Assembly (NCBI GenBank): GCA_964106915.2
Contig: OZ066921.1
Strand: one strand, 5' to 3'
Length of the DNA: 64,000 bases
DNA from: Podarcis gaigeae
Lineage: Eukaryota
Positions 36,251 through 49,450 of this stretch are shown here, one piece after another. Position numbers and translations under genes: made by a program. Under the pieces are notes generated by a model that saw only the letters and a program-made list of their open reading frames with translations, was not told the origin of the DNA and made no database searches. Numbering within the stretch: position 1 is the first letter of the stretch; each line of letters begins with the position of its first letter.

Positions 36251-37883
36251 TCTGGATGAATAGTTTCCGTTCACTCAATACTGAAAAACAGAGCAAAATA
36301 GATTTTCAGAACATACAAGTACCAGGGATGTGATTTTACTCAGCAATGATAATCTTGTCAGAGCTGTCAGTACACTCTTTTATCCATGTGACATTTTAAT
36401 AGGCAGGAAAGCCACGTTAGGCTAAGTAAGCTATAAAGCACTCAGTCCGAAAATGACTGACAACAGCAGGCTCACACAGGGAGAGCAGACCACTTACACA
36501 TTCCAGAAAACATGGTTCACCAGTTACAAAGATTTGGCTGACCCTTTCCCAAATCCTTAGTGCAGCATTTCTGTTTTATCTAAGGAACAATGAGTGGAAA
36601 TATAACTTAAAATTATGATACAGCTGAAATCCTATTATCTCATTCACCATAATCCACTTTTTCTTTCACCCTGCTTTTTAGCCTAAGTTAATGCCACTGT
36701 ATATAGCACTTTCACATACAATAAGTTCTTTTATCTTCGTGTCTCTATAGCTCCCCTCATATCTAAATAGGATCCTTGATGAAACACAACTTTTCCCATT
36801 GAAATATTTGGATGACTTGAACAATCCTATTTTGAAAATTATTTGAATTGTAAAAGATCTAGTAATGCCATTTTAGGTTATGTGGTTGAACATTTCAGAC
36901 TTAAGACAACAGAAATTAAAAATAAAAACAAAAACTTTGTATGTTACTGACTGGATTCCACAATTGTTTTGCTATCTTTTGCATTTTAATCCTAATATTT
37001 GGTGATGGCCCTTGGTTGAAATTTGAATAAATGCACCAATGTTAATGTTCAATCCACTGATTCTTGGTCAATGATTACAAAGTATGCAATGCAGTATAGC
37101 CCCAAGTAATGCATGGGTCAGGGATTTCCCACTGACAGTTTGACCCTACAGAAACCCCACTCACACAATTTATATTTGTCAAAATGTGAGGAGAGTGAGT
37201 TCACATTAAGGGTGTGCATTCATTTGAAATGCAACCTGGGGAGGGGGTGAATGAATGAGTGTTGTTGGTTTCATTCATTTTTTATATTGAAAATGAATGG
37301 GAATTAAAATGAATGAGAAGCCCAATCCTTTCTCATTCATTTCTAAACATTTTGCATTGGAGACATAATCTGGAACTGCCAGCTCAGTTCACAGAGAGGT
37401 CATATGGATGAGAGCAGTGAACCTGACATATACAAAATAGGGTCGTTAGAATGGAGTACCTTTGTTCTCTGTGTGTGTATGTGTGTATGTGTTGCAGAAT
37501 TTATCCTTTGGAAGAGGAGAAGAATGCTTGGTTTCAAAAAATTCATTTGAATGAACACAAAGAAATTACAAGCACAATAACTGCAACTGGGTCTCCCATT
37601 TAAATCAAACGGAAGCTTATAGGATGTGTGCCTTTTTATATAGCTTGTAAAATGAGAACTCATTCCACAATCTAGCTGGACATTTGGCAAATCTTTCCCT
37701 TGGTAGGTAGCAGAATGACTTCTAAAAACTGTCATTTGGAAAGCGAACTCTGGAGTTTCTGGCAGCATAATACTGGCTGGATGTCCCAATGAAACCAAAT
37801 GGGGAGAAATAGAAATGAATGGAAAAAAAGTTAAAGCACATGAACTCATAACAAATGTGGCGGCGGGGGGGGGGGGAGAGGGA

Positions 37884-37919
<36 letters not shown>

Positions 37920-39790
37920 GATTTTTAAGAATGTGAATGAATGGAGGTACGAAAATAAAAACTTCCACACCTCTAGATCAAATGAGGGGGACCTTCCTGG
38001 GATTAGACATTGTCTTAGGCATCCCTGTACATTTGCCACTTCCTCTCCAGGGCTGGCCCTGCCATTAAGTAGAGTCAGCAATCTGTTTCAGGCACCAGAT
38101 ACTAAGAGGACAGCATTCCCCCAAACTAGACTGTTGCTGTCATTATGTCTTCTGAACAGGTCTCTAAACTACTTCTCTAAACTAGCCTGTGTCCCTCAGG
38201 TGCTAAGGAGGATGCTATATCATTGTCAGTTTCGGAGTAGCTGCCATTTTAGTCAGCTTTGGTATGTGGAATGGGGGTGCCATCTTGTCCTTTGCCTCAG
38301 GCAGCAAAAAGTTCCTGGCTGGTTCCAGTCTCCTTTCCTTTCTCTCACTTGTTTTGTGAGAGAAAAGTTTCAACATGTAAATTAAGACTAAGGTTCTGGT
38401 TGTGTTGGTGTAAAAGAGCTCCACAGTTGTAGGGCAGTCCCCAAACAATTCTACTCTACAAGCAAGCTCCACACGAGTCTCTTTCACCCTGATAGGAAAG
38501 GGTTCCTAAGCTCTGGGAAGCTTCTAATCATGTTTAGCTAAATGTGTTCGGAAGCCTCCTTCAGAACCTCTAGATCAACATGAGACAGTTGGGATAAGTT
38601 TTTCAATGGCTGTTCTCACATTGGCTAAGCAGATCCTTGTGGGAAACCCACAAGCAGGATTCAAGCACCACTCTCTCCTCTTGTGGTTTCCAGCAACTGG
38701 TATTCAGAAGCATGACTGCCTCCAACTGTTGAGGCAGAGCATAGCCCTCTCCTCCATGAATTTGTCTAATCCTCTTTCGCAGCCATTGAAGGTCAGCCTG
38801 CCTGGTTGCTTAAACACTTGAGTATTTGTCCTTGCAATAGCACATCGGTAGAAATGTTAGCCCATGTATTTTTTAAAGAGGATTATAACTTCATGATTTT
38901 ATATTGGTATGTATATTCTTATATCCCCAGTATTTTCTCTACAATATGCAGACTTATTCTACGTTTTAATTTAAATGGTAAACCCCAATATTACAGAAAT
39001 TATAGCTGAAGTAGTCATCAAAACATAGCAAAATGGTTTATTATTAAAGGGAAGATGAGTTCTGAATTAAAGTTGTCTACATTTTTAAATGATTTGGGAT
39101 CATTTTTGGATTTTGTTATTCTCTATTTCTAAAGGCACAATTTCTGGGAAACTATATTGTTGTTCTCTGTTGCGGTTGTCTTTGATAACCCTATATGGTA
39201 TTTGATGTTTATGGCCTGTAGACCAATTAAATGGGGTGAGCAGCTCCAGACATACTTTTCACTGAACATTAATGAAGATTTGTACTCTTGATGACATAAA
39301 GGCAGTCACACCAGCCCACTTTCAGTAATGGGTTGCAAATGTTTTGGGGTGGTCACACTGTGACTTCCTACGGTGGTCCTGTAATTTCCTACTGAAGTCC
39401 CATAACCTTTTTATACCACACATGTCTGGGCAAAATTAACTGGTTTGACTAGTAACCTTAGCAGGGAGCCAAGTATGTCCTTTTCTGTGATTGGCCTGCA
39501 GAAGGATTCCCCCCCCCCCATCTACTCCATACTGCTGTGTTGGGTAATTAGATTGGTTGGTTAAATTGCCCTTGTTAACTTGGCACATTTAAGGTGAATA
39601 GTAATGCCACAATCTTGTACATTGAACTCTGCAACCCATGGGGCAGAGCATGGATCACTTTTGAGGTTAACTAGTGTTATTCACTTGGTGTTTTGCTGTC
39701 CCAAGGAACATGATTCAGGAAAACCACCCTCCCTACCTTGAGGGGCAACTTTATTCCCTGCACGGCAGTATCTCCTAGTTAACAGGCTTA

Positions 39791-40153
39791 AAGGTAAAGG
39801 TAAAGGTACCCCTGCCTGTACGGGCCAGTCTTGACAGACTCTGGGGTTCTGCACCCATCTCACTTAAGAGGCCAGGGGCCAGCGCTGTCCGGGGACACTT
39901 CCGGGTCACGTGGCCAGCGTGACATCGCTGCTCTGGCAAGCCAGAGCCGCACACGGAAACGCCGTTTACCTTCCCGCTGGTAAGCGGTCCCTATTTATCT
40001 ACTTGCACCCGGAGGTGCTTTCGAACTGCTAGGTTGGCAGGCGCTGGGACCGAGCAGCGGGAGCGCACCCCGCCGCAGGGATTCGAACCACCGACCTTTC
40101 GATCGGCAAGTCCTAGGCGCTGCGGCTTTAACCCACAGCGCCACCTGCGTCCC
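39791..40153 (-). mobile_element. Sauria SINE, full length, young
   Basis: (ACCTTT)n tail, B box GGTTCGAATCCC, CpG-rich, 17-bp TSD CCTAGTTAACAGGCTTA (39774-39790 and 40154-40170). Confidence 0.93.
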
Positions 40154-40170
40154 CCTAGTTAACAGGCTTA

Positions 40171-41057
40171 GGAACCTGATAAAATTTGGGGTCATATCCT
40201 ACATATCGGATCCTCTTCAAGGAGGGTATGTGTTGCGCTCGGGTCCCCAGGCATCTCCCACCTCCTGGTGTGGGCAGTGCTATGCCCTGCTCCACTCTGG
40301 TTGGTCGTTTCACTGTCACTTGGTCCCTAAAGCCAATGGCTTGGCTTGGGGGGTGGCCGCAAAACATTATTTAATCCCTGCGCAATGTTTACTGGACCTC
40401 TTTGCCTTTGCACAGCAGATCACCCACCCACCCACCCCCTTTATTTGCATTGCAGCCACAAGCAGCTGACTGAGCTGCTAGAGCCTTTGCTTGCTGCAGC
40501 ATTGCTGCTTTATGGTAACAGGCCTTGCTATGGATGTTGTTGGTCGCCTGTTTTGCAATGGGGGCCTGGTAGGAATTTTTCATCTGGCAGATTGGCAGAG
40601 CCATTTGGTTTTCACCGATCACATAGCAACCCCAAAACTTTGTAAGGTTAGGCGGTTAGGCATTGGATCAGCAATGTGTGGGGAGGGGAGGTGTGGCCAT
40701 CACCTGCCCCTCCAAGCTCAAGGGTATTCCGTTAAAGGAATCAGGGGTTGGCCTGAGTCTTGTCTGAAACCCCATGGTAGGGGCTAGGGCCATACCAGAA
40801 CCCCACGGGGGCACCAGAAGGAGTTTGTCGGTTCGCATTGGCAGGGCTCCCTCTGGCAGTGTTTTACCCTTTTATCAGAATCCCCGCAATGTGGGTGGGA
40901 GTCTGATATAGTTTGGATGATTCCAGTGCCTAAGCCAATATCACTCACATTCTGTATTCAATAAAGTTGTGGCCTAAATTTTGCCCAATCACTTAAACTA
41001 AAATCCTGCATCACTGTGTCTTCATTTTTAGGGGGTGGTTGGGGTCTCAAAGCACAA
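40171..41057 (+). mobile_element. LTR-like / DIRS-Ngaro-like non-coding repeat; probably starts at about 39685 and is split by the SINE
   Basis: Homologous to the reverse complement of 1-400. AATAAAGTTGTGGCC at about 40960. No TG..CA ends or TSD seen. Confidence 0.55.
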
Positions 41058-43055
41058 ATGGTTTAATTTCCTGCCCCCTATGCATAAGTTCACTGTGGTC
41101 TTATGTTATATATTTACTCAATTTTTGTGTCTTATCTCATTATTTCTGGTTTCCTAATGCAAAACAGAATCAAGTATGTCTGAATGCAGCCACAGTGTAT
41201 AAGGACATTTATTTACCTACATCTATCCTTTAAAATGCCTTTAATTTTATGTTCCCAATTTGTAGCTCCAGATCTATCAAAATATGTAATTTCCTTTCAC
41301 AGTTGGCTCCTTGATGAGCTATTCTTCAGTGTTACAGTTTAAAGCATAATGCCATTTGATGAGATCAACATTCTCCTGTGGTATACAAACCATTCATTAC
41401 CTTTGGACAAGACATTTTTATTTGAGAAGTAACTTGAAATTGAAAAAATAGGCATAGGGCATTTTTGATAAGGGAAAATGGGAGAACACAAACTCAAGAA
41501 AAATTATTAAAAAGTGGTGCATGCATGCAAGTCAGTGTGCACATGCTCTGGAAAGCAAAGCTAGCGTTATTAATTTGTTCAATTCTATGGATGTCTACTC
41601 AGCAACAAACCTAGGTTAATGTGCATAACATTGCAACCAGGTAAATCAACCGGGGGGGGGGGGAATCCAACCTAGACTACTTCTAGACTTTAATGCTGCA
41701 TTTTGAGGAATTCTACTACCCATTTGAGAAATTGATTGTATTCTAGAGCTTTGGACATGTGCATTATTTTCTTCTATTTATTAATCACTTCCCATAAAAT
41801 ATCTCAGTGATTTCACAATAAAAACATCAGCAAGAAAAACAATGACATGATTCCATTCATGATAGTAATTTTAGCAATGGGGGGAGAATTCATATGTAAA
41901 AACAGATTTCTATGCTTTTCTATTCATTCAAATGGAGGAAAATGTTAAATGAAAGTTAATCAGATGTCCATGCAGGCTGTTTCCTTTGTTGTAATCAATG
42001 GGACAGCCCTTGTGAGCATATAAGAGTTGACGCAGGAGTTCTGGAATCTCAAACCCTCTTAAGATTCCCATAGTACAAAGAATAATTATAAGAGGGTTAA
42101 ATAACAGGAGTCTGAGGAAGAAGGGAAAGAATGCTTGATAACATTTGAAGCATAAAGAATATTTTCTGAACCTCTTAACAGCATAGCAGACACATAGATT
42201 TTATTGATTTTTTTTAAGCCTGCTAACTAGTTGCAGTTGAGATGAAGCTGAAACTTTTGAAATACATAACGCTAAAAGAAATCAGATGTTGCTACAAAGT
42301 TCTTCACTTCATATCTCTTTGCATTCTCACCAGCACATGTTCACCTCTGCTGTCTATGCATTAGACAGAACCTCCTGCAAACTTCATTAGGATTTTCTCC
42401 TCTGTTGGTCTCACAATAAGGAGTCCTGAGTTCTCACACAGATATGATCAGAAAAAAAATGTTAGCAAGGTAAGAATCTCTCTCTCTTATCTCTCTCATT
42501 GTGCATCTAGAAATCCTTACACAACTCAGTGGCCCTGAAGTCAGGCAGAATTATTGCTCAGTTGGCAGCTAGCTGGCTGCCTTTGATAGGATTATGTATG
42601 TAAAATAATGATGTGCTTTACTGCCTGGGATTAAAAAAAAGTGATAATGGCTTTTCCATAAGCATAGCAAGATGGAAATATGCATGATTGCACTGGAAGT
42701 ACTGTGTAGGTTTTGAATTAGAAGATGCTGAATGCACATCTGCTTACTCTTGCCTTCGACACTTGAGGTGTGTGTTTTCAGGAAACCTTCCCCTTGCACA
42801 TTCATGTGACTGCAATTTGTTTTAACTGTTTTTAATGCTAATTTTTAATTTGTTGTAACCCACTGGTGACAGACAGGTAAATGATGATGAAGATCCACAT
42901 TTTCCCCATCTCTGTCACAAAGGATCAATTCACACGTTGCCTTTTTAGGCATGCTGATAAAAAGGTAAGATAAGATTGCAGTTTCTTCCCTCCTCCCCTC
43001 AAAATGTTTGATACATATAACCTATCTGACATGTGTTTGCAAACTTATTGAAGAA

Positions 43056-43220
43056 GGACCATATATCCGCAGTGCAGCTTCTGTTTACATGCGGAAGACT
43101 CCAGGCAGGGCTGGGAAAAACTTCAGTCTGAAACTGCAATGAACCCCTGCCAATCAGTATAGGAAATATTGGCTAGATGGACCAATAGCCTGACTCAGTA
43201 TGAGGCAGCTTCTTATGTTC
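43056..43220 (+). mobile_element. Squam3-like SINE (decayed)
   Basis: GGCTAGATGGACCAATAGCCTGACTCAGTATGAGGCAGCTTCTTATGTTC tail. Confidence 0.7.
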
Positions 43221-43360
43221 AACACACCAGTAAATTGTATGGGAGCTGTGATGGGTTGTAACTCCCTGTTGCATCTAGTAATTGGCAACTACTTCCCCTG
43301 ATGTTTGGTAGGCAACTAAATGTGGCAAATCTATTTGCCTGTTGTTATTGTTTTAAGTCA

Positions 43361-43500
43361 CGATGTCACGCTGGCCACGTGACCTGGAAGTGTCTCCGGA
43401 CAGCGCTGGCCCCTGGCCTCTTGAGTGAGATGGGCGCACAACCCCAGAGTCTGTCAAGACTGGCCCGTACGGGCAGGGGTACCTTTACCTTTACCTTTAC
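43361..43500 (+). mobile_element. 5'-truncated Sauria SINE
   Basis: Matches the reverse complement of 39791-39925; (ACCTTT)3 tail; 15-bp TSD TATTGTTTTAAGTCA (43346-43360 and 43501-43515). Confidence 0.92.
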
Positions 43501-45290
43501 TATTGTTTTAAGTCAGAAATAGTTCAGTTTATTCTAAGCCGCTTACAAACCCAAATCAGATCCAAAACATCACCAAGAGTGCAACTGATTCTTCCAAACA
43601 CCATCACCTGGCACATTCCCTTCCCTTCTGCTCTACTCTCTCCAGACAAATAACATGTATAAGGCAAGCATTATGAATCACTTAGGTTCAAATTATAAAC
43701 CAAACAAGTTATAATGAACTTTGGTGGCTATTGCCAGCGGAGGGCTTAACTACACTTCACTCTTTCCAGGCATTGCCTGTGCACCCCCACCTCCCCCCCC
43801 TGTTGCTTTACCTGTGAAAATCTGTTCTTTAAAGCTCAACGGGAGCAAACAGCAACCCACTTAAAACCTTTTTTGCCATTTGCTCTGATTGAGCGCTGAA
43901 GAGCAGGTTTTCACAGGGAAAGCTCCAGGGCAAAAAAAAAACACCTCTTGGACACTGAGCTCTTAAGCATAGACCTGTGCCTGGAAAAAGCTGGGGGAAA
44001 GTTAAATGTGCCCTGAGTTTACAACTAGTGGCAAACTTGTTTGCTTTCCTGTAGCATGAAATGGCATTTGTTTGGAAATTAATCCATACGTTCACAGGAA
44101 AGCCCCATCTGCATTATATATTTAAAGCAATATCATACCACTTAAAACAGTCATATTTTCTCCCAAAGAATCCCGAGAACTGTAGTCCAAAGGTACTGAG
44201 AGTTCATAGGAGAACCTATTGCCCACAGAGCTACAGGAAAGAGGGATTGATCACTCTGGGAATAGTATGGGTTATAGTCTTTGCTTGTCTACTCAGAAGA
44301 GAGTTAACGGACATGATTAACCTAGGTTCATTGATTTCAGTGGGTCTACTCTGAGTAGGATTTAGTTGAATCCAGCCCTATGTTTCCACTGGACATCTAT
44401 TGGAAAATGAAGGCGCCTGAGTAGGCTCCCACTACCCAAGCTGGTGACAAAGGTGGGTCAAAGAACCAAAGAAGAAATTGACCCTTTCCTACTTCATCCG
44501 TAAGGTAAGCCCTTTGACAAATTCTCTACATTTGGCACCCTCAAAAAATGTAAAAAGTTTTTCCCTATGGTCACAGCCAGGGTGCAATCCTAGAAGGCAC
44601 TTTGAGCTTTATCTGATTCTGGTATTGAATTTTCATGTTCAGATACAAAAAAAAACCCCGTTATACTACAGAGAAGAAACGGGGGTGAGGAGAAAACCCT
44701 AAAAAGAACTCTCCTGTGACAATCCTAAAAGACTTTAATTGCCTCTGGGCATAGTCAGAAAGGTCTGTTATTGCAAAAAATCTGTGTAAATTTTTCCCCA
44801 AAGGAGTATGATTATCCTTAGCAACTGAAGGGTCCAAATGGTTGCCAGCCCATCCATGACGGCAGCAGCTACAAAGGCTAGATTTATTAATGACTTCAAA
44901 CCCAAATTACTGCATTTTGTTACACTTGATTTCAAATAGTGTGGATCATTATTTTGCAAATTATTATTAATAGAGTTCACCCTGAGTTTTGAAAGGCTGG
45001 AGCGCTACAGCAAAGTACTAATTGAAATTCAACTTGCAATTTTGCAGAAAGGAGCTGTTCAGTCTGGAGTGGCTTGTGGTCACAGAAATTCAGATGGAAG
45101 CCATCACAGCTTGTGTCTCAGTTCTACTTCATATGCTGAATGGAGATAAGTGAAGTAGTTCAGGTGCCTTTTTAATTCTTTGTTCTGGGCTTCTGGAGGA
45201 CGTAACTGCAATACATTTTTATTATTATTATTATTTTGTAGAACAGCAGTGAGCAAACGTTTGAGTGCCAAGGTTATCATTCCTTTAGGG

Positions 45291-45428
45291 CAGCAGTTCT
45301 CAACCTGTGGGTCCCCAGATGTTGTTGGATTACAACTTCCATCATCCCTGAGCTCTGGCCTTGCTAGCTAGGGATGATGGGAGTTGTAGTCCAACAACAT
45401 CTGCAGACCCACAGGTTGAGTACCGCTG
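45291..45428. mobile_element. Palindromic hAT MITE (138 bp); decayed relatives at about 6969-7085 and 57308-57446
   Basis: Arms of about 60 bp in inverted orientation and exact 8-bp TSD CTTTAGGG (45283-45290 and 45429-45436). Confidence 0.92.
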
Positions 45429-45881
45429 CTTTAGGGCAGGAAATGAGAATCCCCTGCCTGTGGGCCTAATAAGGTCTGGCGAGAATCCCAATTTGAGCCC
45501 GTGAGGCAATTTTTCCTAAACCACATCCACTTGGACTGCCAGAAATGATGTCAGGTAGAAGGCAGGTAAAGGCATGGCTTCCACTCTGGAATGCATTTCC
45601 AGGATGATTCAATAAATGCAGACATTTGTTAAATTTGCCTTACAGGGCTTGTCAAGCTTCAAAGATTCCCCAACCCTGTCATGGGCTACATATTAGTGAC
45701 CACCAGAGACTGAAAAAAGGGGATAGGAAGACCCCTCTCTCTTCCCCTGCCTCTTCATTTATTATTCATTCATATTTCTGCTGTGCCCCCCTCCTCTTTC
45801 ACACAGATGGGGAGAAGAATTTGATTCAGTTTGTATTTAGAGGTGCTACCTAATTAACACTTTCTACATGAACCAAAGGAT

Positions 45882-46259
45882 GGGACGCGGGTGGCGCTGT
45901 GGTCTAAACCACTGAGCCTTTTGGGCTTGCCAATCAGAAGACTGGTGGTTCGAATCCCTGCAAAAGGGTGAGCTCCCGTTGCTCTGTCCCAGCTCCTGCC
46001 AACCTAGCAGTTCAAAAGCACGACAAAAAGTGAAAGTAGATAAATAGGTCCAGTGGGAAGGTAAACGGTGTTTCCGTGCACTGCTCTGGTTTCAGTGTTC
46101 TGTTGCACCAGAAGTGGCTCAGTCATACTGGCCACATGACCTGGAAAAACCCCCGCAGACAAAAGCCGGCTCCCTTGGCCTGTAAAGCGAGATGAGCACC
46201 GCAACTCCAGAGTCATCTGCAACTAGACTTAACTGTAAGGGTCCTTTACCTTTATCTTT
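45882..46259 (+). mobile_element. Sauria SINE, full length
   Basis: GGGACGCGGGTGGCGCTGTGG head, GGTTCGAATCCC B box, TSD TACATGAACCAAA (45865-45877 and 46260-46272). Confidence 0.92.
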
Positions 46260-46398
46260 TACATGAACCAAAACAACCATCTCCACAATTCACATTTCTC
46301 CAAATTTTGAGATGCAGTTCTTCAGCCAAGTAAAGTATACAAAAATGTGCATTCCAGGGTAAATTGTCCATAGAAATGCATATAGTAGTGAAAATAAC

Positions 46399-47011
46399 TG
46401 TCCTGAACCCGGGGCCCACCTAGCAGCAAGTCCCGCTGATGTATACAGTAGGTCAAGATCAAAGTTCAATGGTCAGGAAACATTGTCTGGAGTCAAACCA
46501 CATAAGCCAAGTCCACCAGTGAAGAAGCACAGTCTCATAGAGGTCCTGGAGAATCCAAGCCAATGTCCATCACCTTGGGCAGTTGAGTAGACAGAGAACC
46601 AAAGCTCTGCTCTCCTTTACTTGCTTGTCTTGATTGTAGCACCTGGGCTTGATGAGGCATGTGATCCTCACCTGTCCTGAGCCTAATCCAGCTGAAGAAT
46701 CACAGACCACTTCCCAGAGCTAATGAGCCCCACCTGGCCAGCTAGTGAACTAGACTGTGTGTATCACCAGCTGCTCCATATGCCTCAGAGCCCATCTTGT
46801 TCATGGAGACAGTGGCCTCCCTGGCTCTGATGATAGGTCCTGCTCTTGGTCCCTGCACACTGAGCCCCATCCCCTTGCCATCCTGATAGTACTTTTCACA
46901 ATCCTAACCTCTCCTTTCCCATCCCCAGCTTGTCCCGGTGGGTCCCAGTCACAGCTGTACCCCTCGCCAGGATCCTCTTCCTCCTCTCTGTTGTCCTGCC
47001 AGTTCATGACA
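46399..47011 (-). mobile_element. Older solo LTR nested in the AT-rich element
   Basis: TGTCCTGAAC...GTTCATGACA (9/10 inverted match), decayed 5-bp TSD ATAAC/ACAGC, host repeat continuous on both sides. Confidence 0.7.
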
Positions 47012-47485
47012 ACAGCATACATTCAACATGCATTGTGTTGCAAAAATGTGTGTATTAGGCAAAATTGCATACAGATGTGACCAGGGAAAATCCACACCAA
47101 AATACTGATGAATTTACATGGTTACTTTTTTATGCAAATCAATGTGGAAATGTGGAGAATTGGAATTAAAATTATTAAGATGAGAAATTGAAAAAACCCA
47201 ATTTGTGGATAGATTCATCTATCCCCCCCCCCCCAAAGTTCATCCATCATATCTGGGAAGAAGAGAAACACGGGCTAAAAAGGAACATCTCTTCCTGCTC
47301 TCATTCTGTCATGCCATCTTCTTTCACTTCCTTCTGTCTCCCTTGCCTCTTCTCCCTCTTTCACAGCCACCCACATCCCCATATTCACACAGTCCTCATT
47401 CCCACAAATCCCTTCCATCAGCAGCCTCCCATTCACATACTTCCCTTCTGTAAAGTTTTACACCCACATTCTCTTTTAAGGAAAG

Positions 47486-47533
47486 AAGGAAGGAAGGAAG
47501 GAAGGAAGGAAGGAAGGAAGGAAGGAAGGAAGG
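47486..47533. repeat. (GGAA)n microsatellite
   Basis: Direct inspection. Confidence 0.95.
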
Positions 47534-49214
47534 ATAGTTCTAGGGCAGGAACAGAATGATCTCCTTTTTCACTGACAGTTCACTTTTCCTTCCATGTTGG
47601 GTGGCATTTGACCCAAATTGAGGTTTAGAAGAGGTTGTGGGGTTGTCCAAAGCAACGCAGCTTGTGGGCAATAAATTACACAGATCTGTTCCAGGGTAGA
47701 GAGACTTAAATGCAACAACCAATCCACATAAAATGTTGCTAGTCAAAAGAAGGTAATTGTTAATAGATGTCAACAATAGATCTTTGGGAACCGATACTGT
47801 CTCATTCAGTATACATCAGGTCCTATATCCCTAGTGGTATTTTCAACTCTCTTAAGGCTGCAAATCCAACTCAGCCCAGTTGGGCTTATTTCTGAGTAGA
47901 CAAGCACGGTCAGGAACATGGGTGCTAGTTGCTAGTTAGCAACCAAATTGAGAAGGCAAATTTGGGATTAAGAACTGGGATTAAGGAATGGACTAGACAG
48001 AAACGGAAAGCATTAGAGGGGAAATTGTTGTGCTTCTTCTGTTCAGAACATCTATTTAACTGCCACCAGGTTTTAGAATTGCTGTGGCTAATTTCTTTGA
48101 GACACCCTGCTGATGAGACTAATCACCTTTTAAGGCAAGCTTTATGCTACTTAAAGCTGATTGCCAGCAGTTTTATTATTCATCTTCAAACTGCTTCAAA
48201 GGAGGATATAAAAATGTTGCTTGATGAAATTGATAGAGCTATTGAGTGTTGCAATTTGCTTTGCTAAACACCTTTCCGATACATGCATTCCACAATCTGC
48301 ATATACAACAGCTTGGGAATGCTTTCCCACAAGTTAACAATTGGGTCAATGAGCAGAAGTACTACTATGGAAGGGGTATATTAGGCAAAATGCCCACCCT
48401 TAAAACAAATGACTGCTTCACCTGTCTCTAGCTGCTTCTTCTCCAGCTCTCACTTAAAATGAAAGTGAATAAAACAACCAATAAATGAGAAAGTGGGAAC
48501 TCCTCTGTACCATCTTGCAGCATTTGCACTAGCTTTAGCTGACCTATCAGGAGCTGCAAGTGCTAGAATTTGGACCCTATTCCTCTGTGTACTCCACGAG
48601 TACCATCTTTGTGAGGGAGCATCCTATTTCAACAGAACCCAAATCACACCAGATGCCCTATGAACCATCACCAGTGGACCTCTAATCTTGGTTCCACTGA
48701 CCAATGAAATGACAACTCATAAGAGTGTAAGAAGAGCCTGCTTGATCAATGGCCCATCCAGTCTAGCATCCTGTACTCACAGTAGCCAACCAGATGCCTA
48801 TGTGAAGCCCGCAAGGAGTACCTGAGTACAGCATCACACTCCTCATTTGTGATTCCCATTGCCTGGCATTCAGAGGTACAGTGCCTCAAAAAGTGGAGTC
48901 CAGAAACTGAGGAAAAGCCCCAAACACTTGCCTTTTTAACAATCCTGTTTTGTTTTTTTCTAATTCTGGGAGACCCATTGCTGACAATGCACCATTTTAT
49001 GATGTCCTGGAGATCCAGCACCCTGTTTGTTGGTTTGTTGCTGTTTATATCCAGTCTTTTTCCTGGACTGGGACTTAGGGTGGCTTCCACAGATTAAAAC
49101 ATGACAGATGCAATACAAAAAGCTAAAAACATGTAAAAGATTATCATAAAAAACTGTAATATAATTAAGACAATATAAAAATTCATCCTTTCCTTTAAAA
49201 AAAAAGTTCCTAAA

Positions 49215-49450
49215 GGCCTGTCAGCAGAAGGACAACAGAGAGTGAGCCAGTCTAGCTTATCCAGAAAGAGAATTCCAGTGCAGCCACTGAGAAGGCCCTC
49301 TTCCATGTCCACACCAAGTGTGAGGGTGGTGGGACTGAGAGAAGGGTGTCTCTTGAAGATCTCAGAGTCTGGGCAGGTTCATGTGAGAGAATACAGTCTT
49401 TCAGGTAGCCTAGGCCTAATCTGTATATGGTTTTTTTAAGGTCATAACAT
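49215..49450 (-). mobile_element. Old L2 ORF2 C-terminal remnant; similar remnants at about 59390-59650 (+), 60515-60690 (-) and 62180-62380 (+)
   Basis: LGLGYLKDCIL..PAQTLRSS..LLSVPP..RAFSVAA resembles the C-terminus of the L2 at 530-800. Confidence 0.7.

Noticed and set aside
37855-38385. 176-aa ORF with an (ER)n run
   Set aside because: The run comes from a (GA)n microsatellite; the rest has no protein-like features or splice context.
42442-42965. Two AG...GTAAGA microexon-like segments (28 nt at 42442-42469 and about 16 nt near 42949-42964)
   Set aside because: Weak polypyrimidine tracts, not frame-preserving, and no recognisable peptide.
45882-45960. tRNA-like A/B boxes
   Set aside because: These are SINE heads with SINE bodies and TSDs, not tRNA genes.
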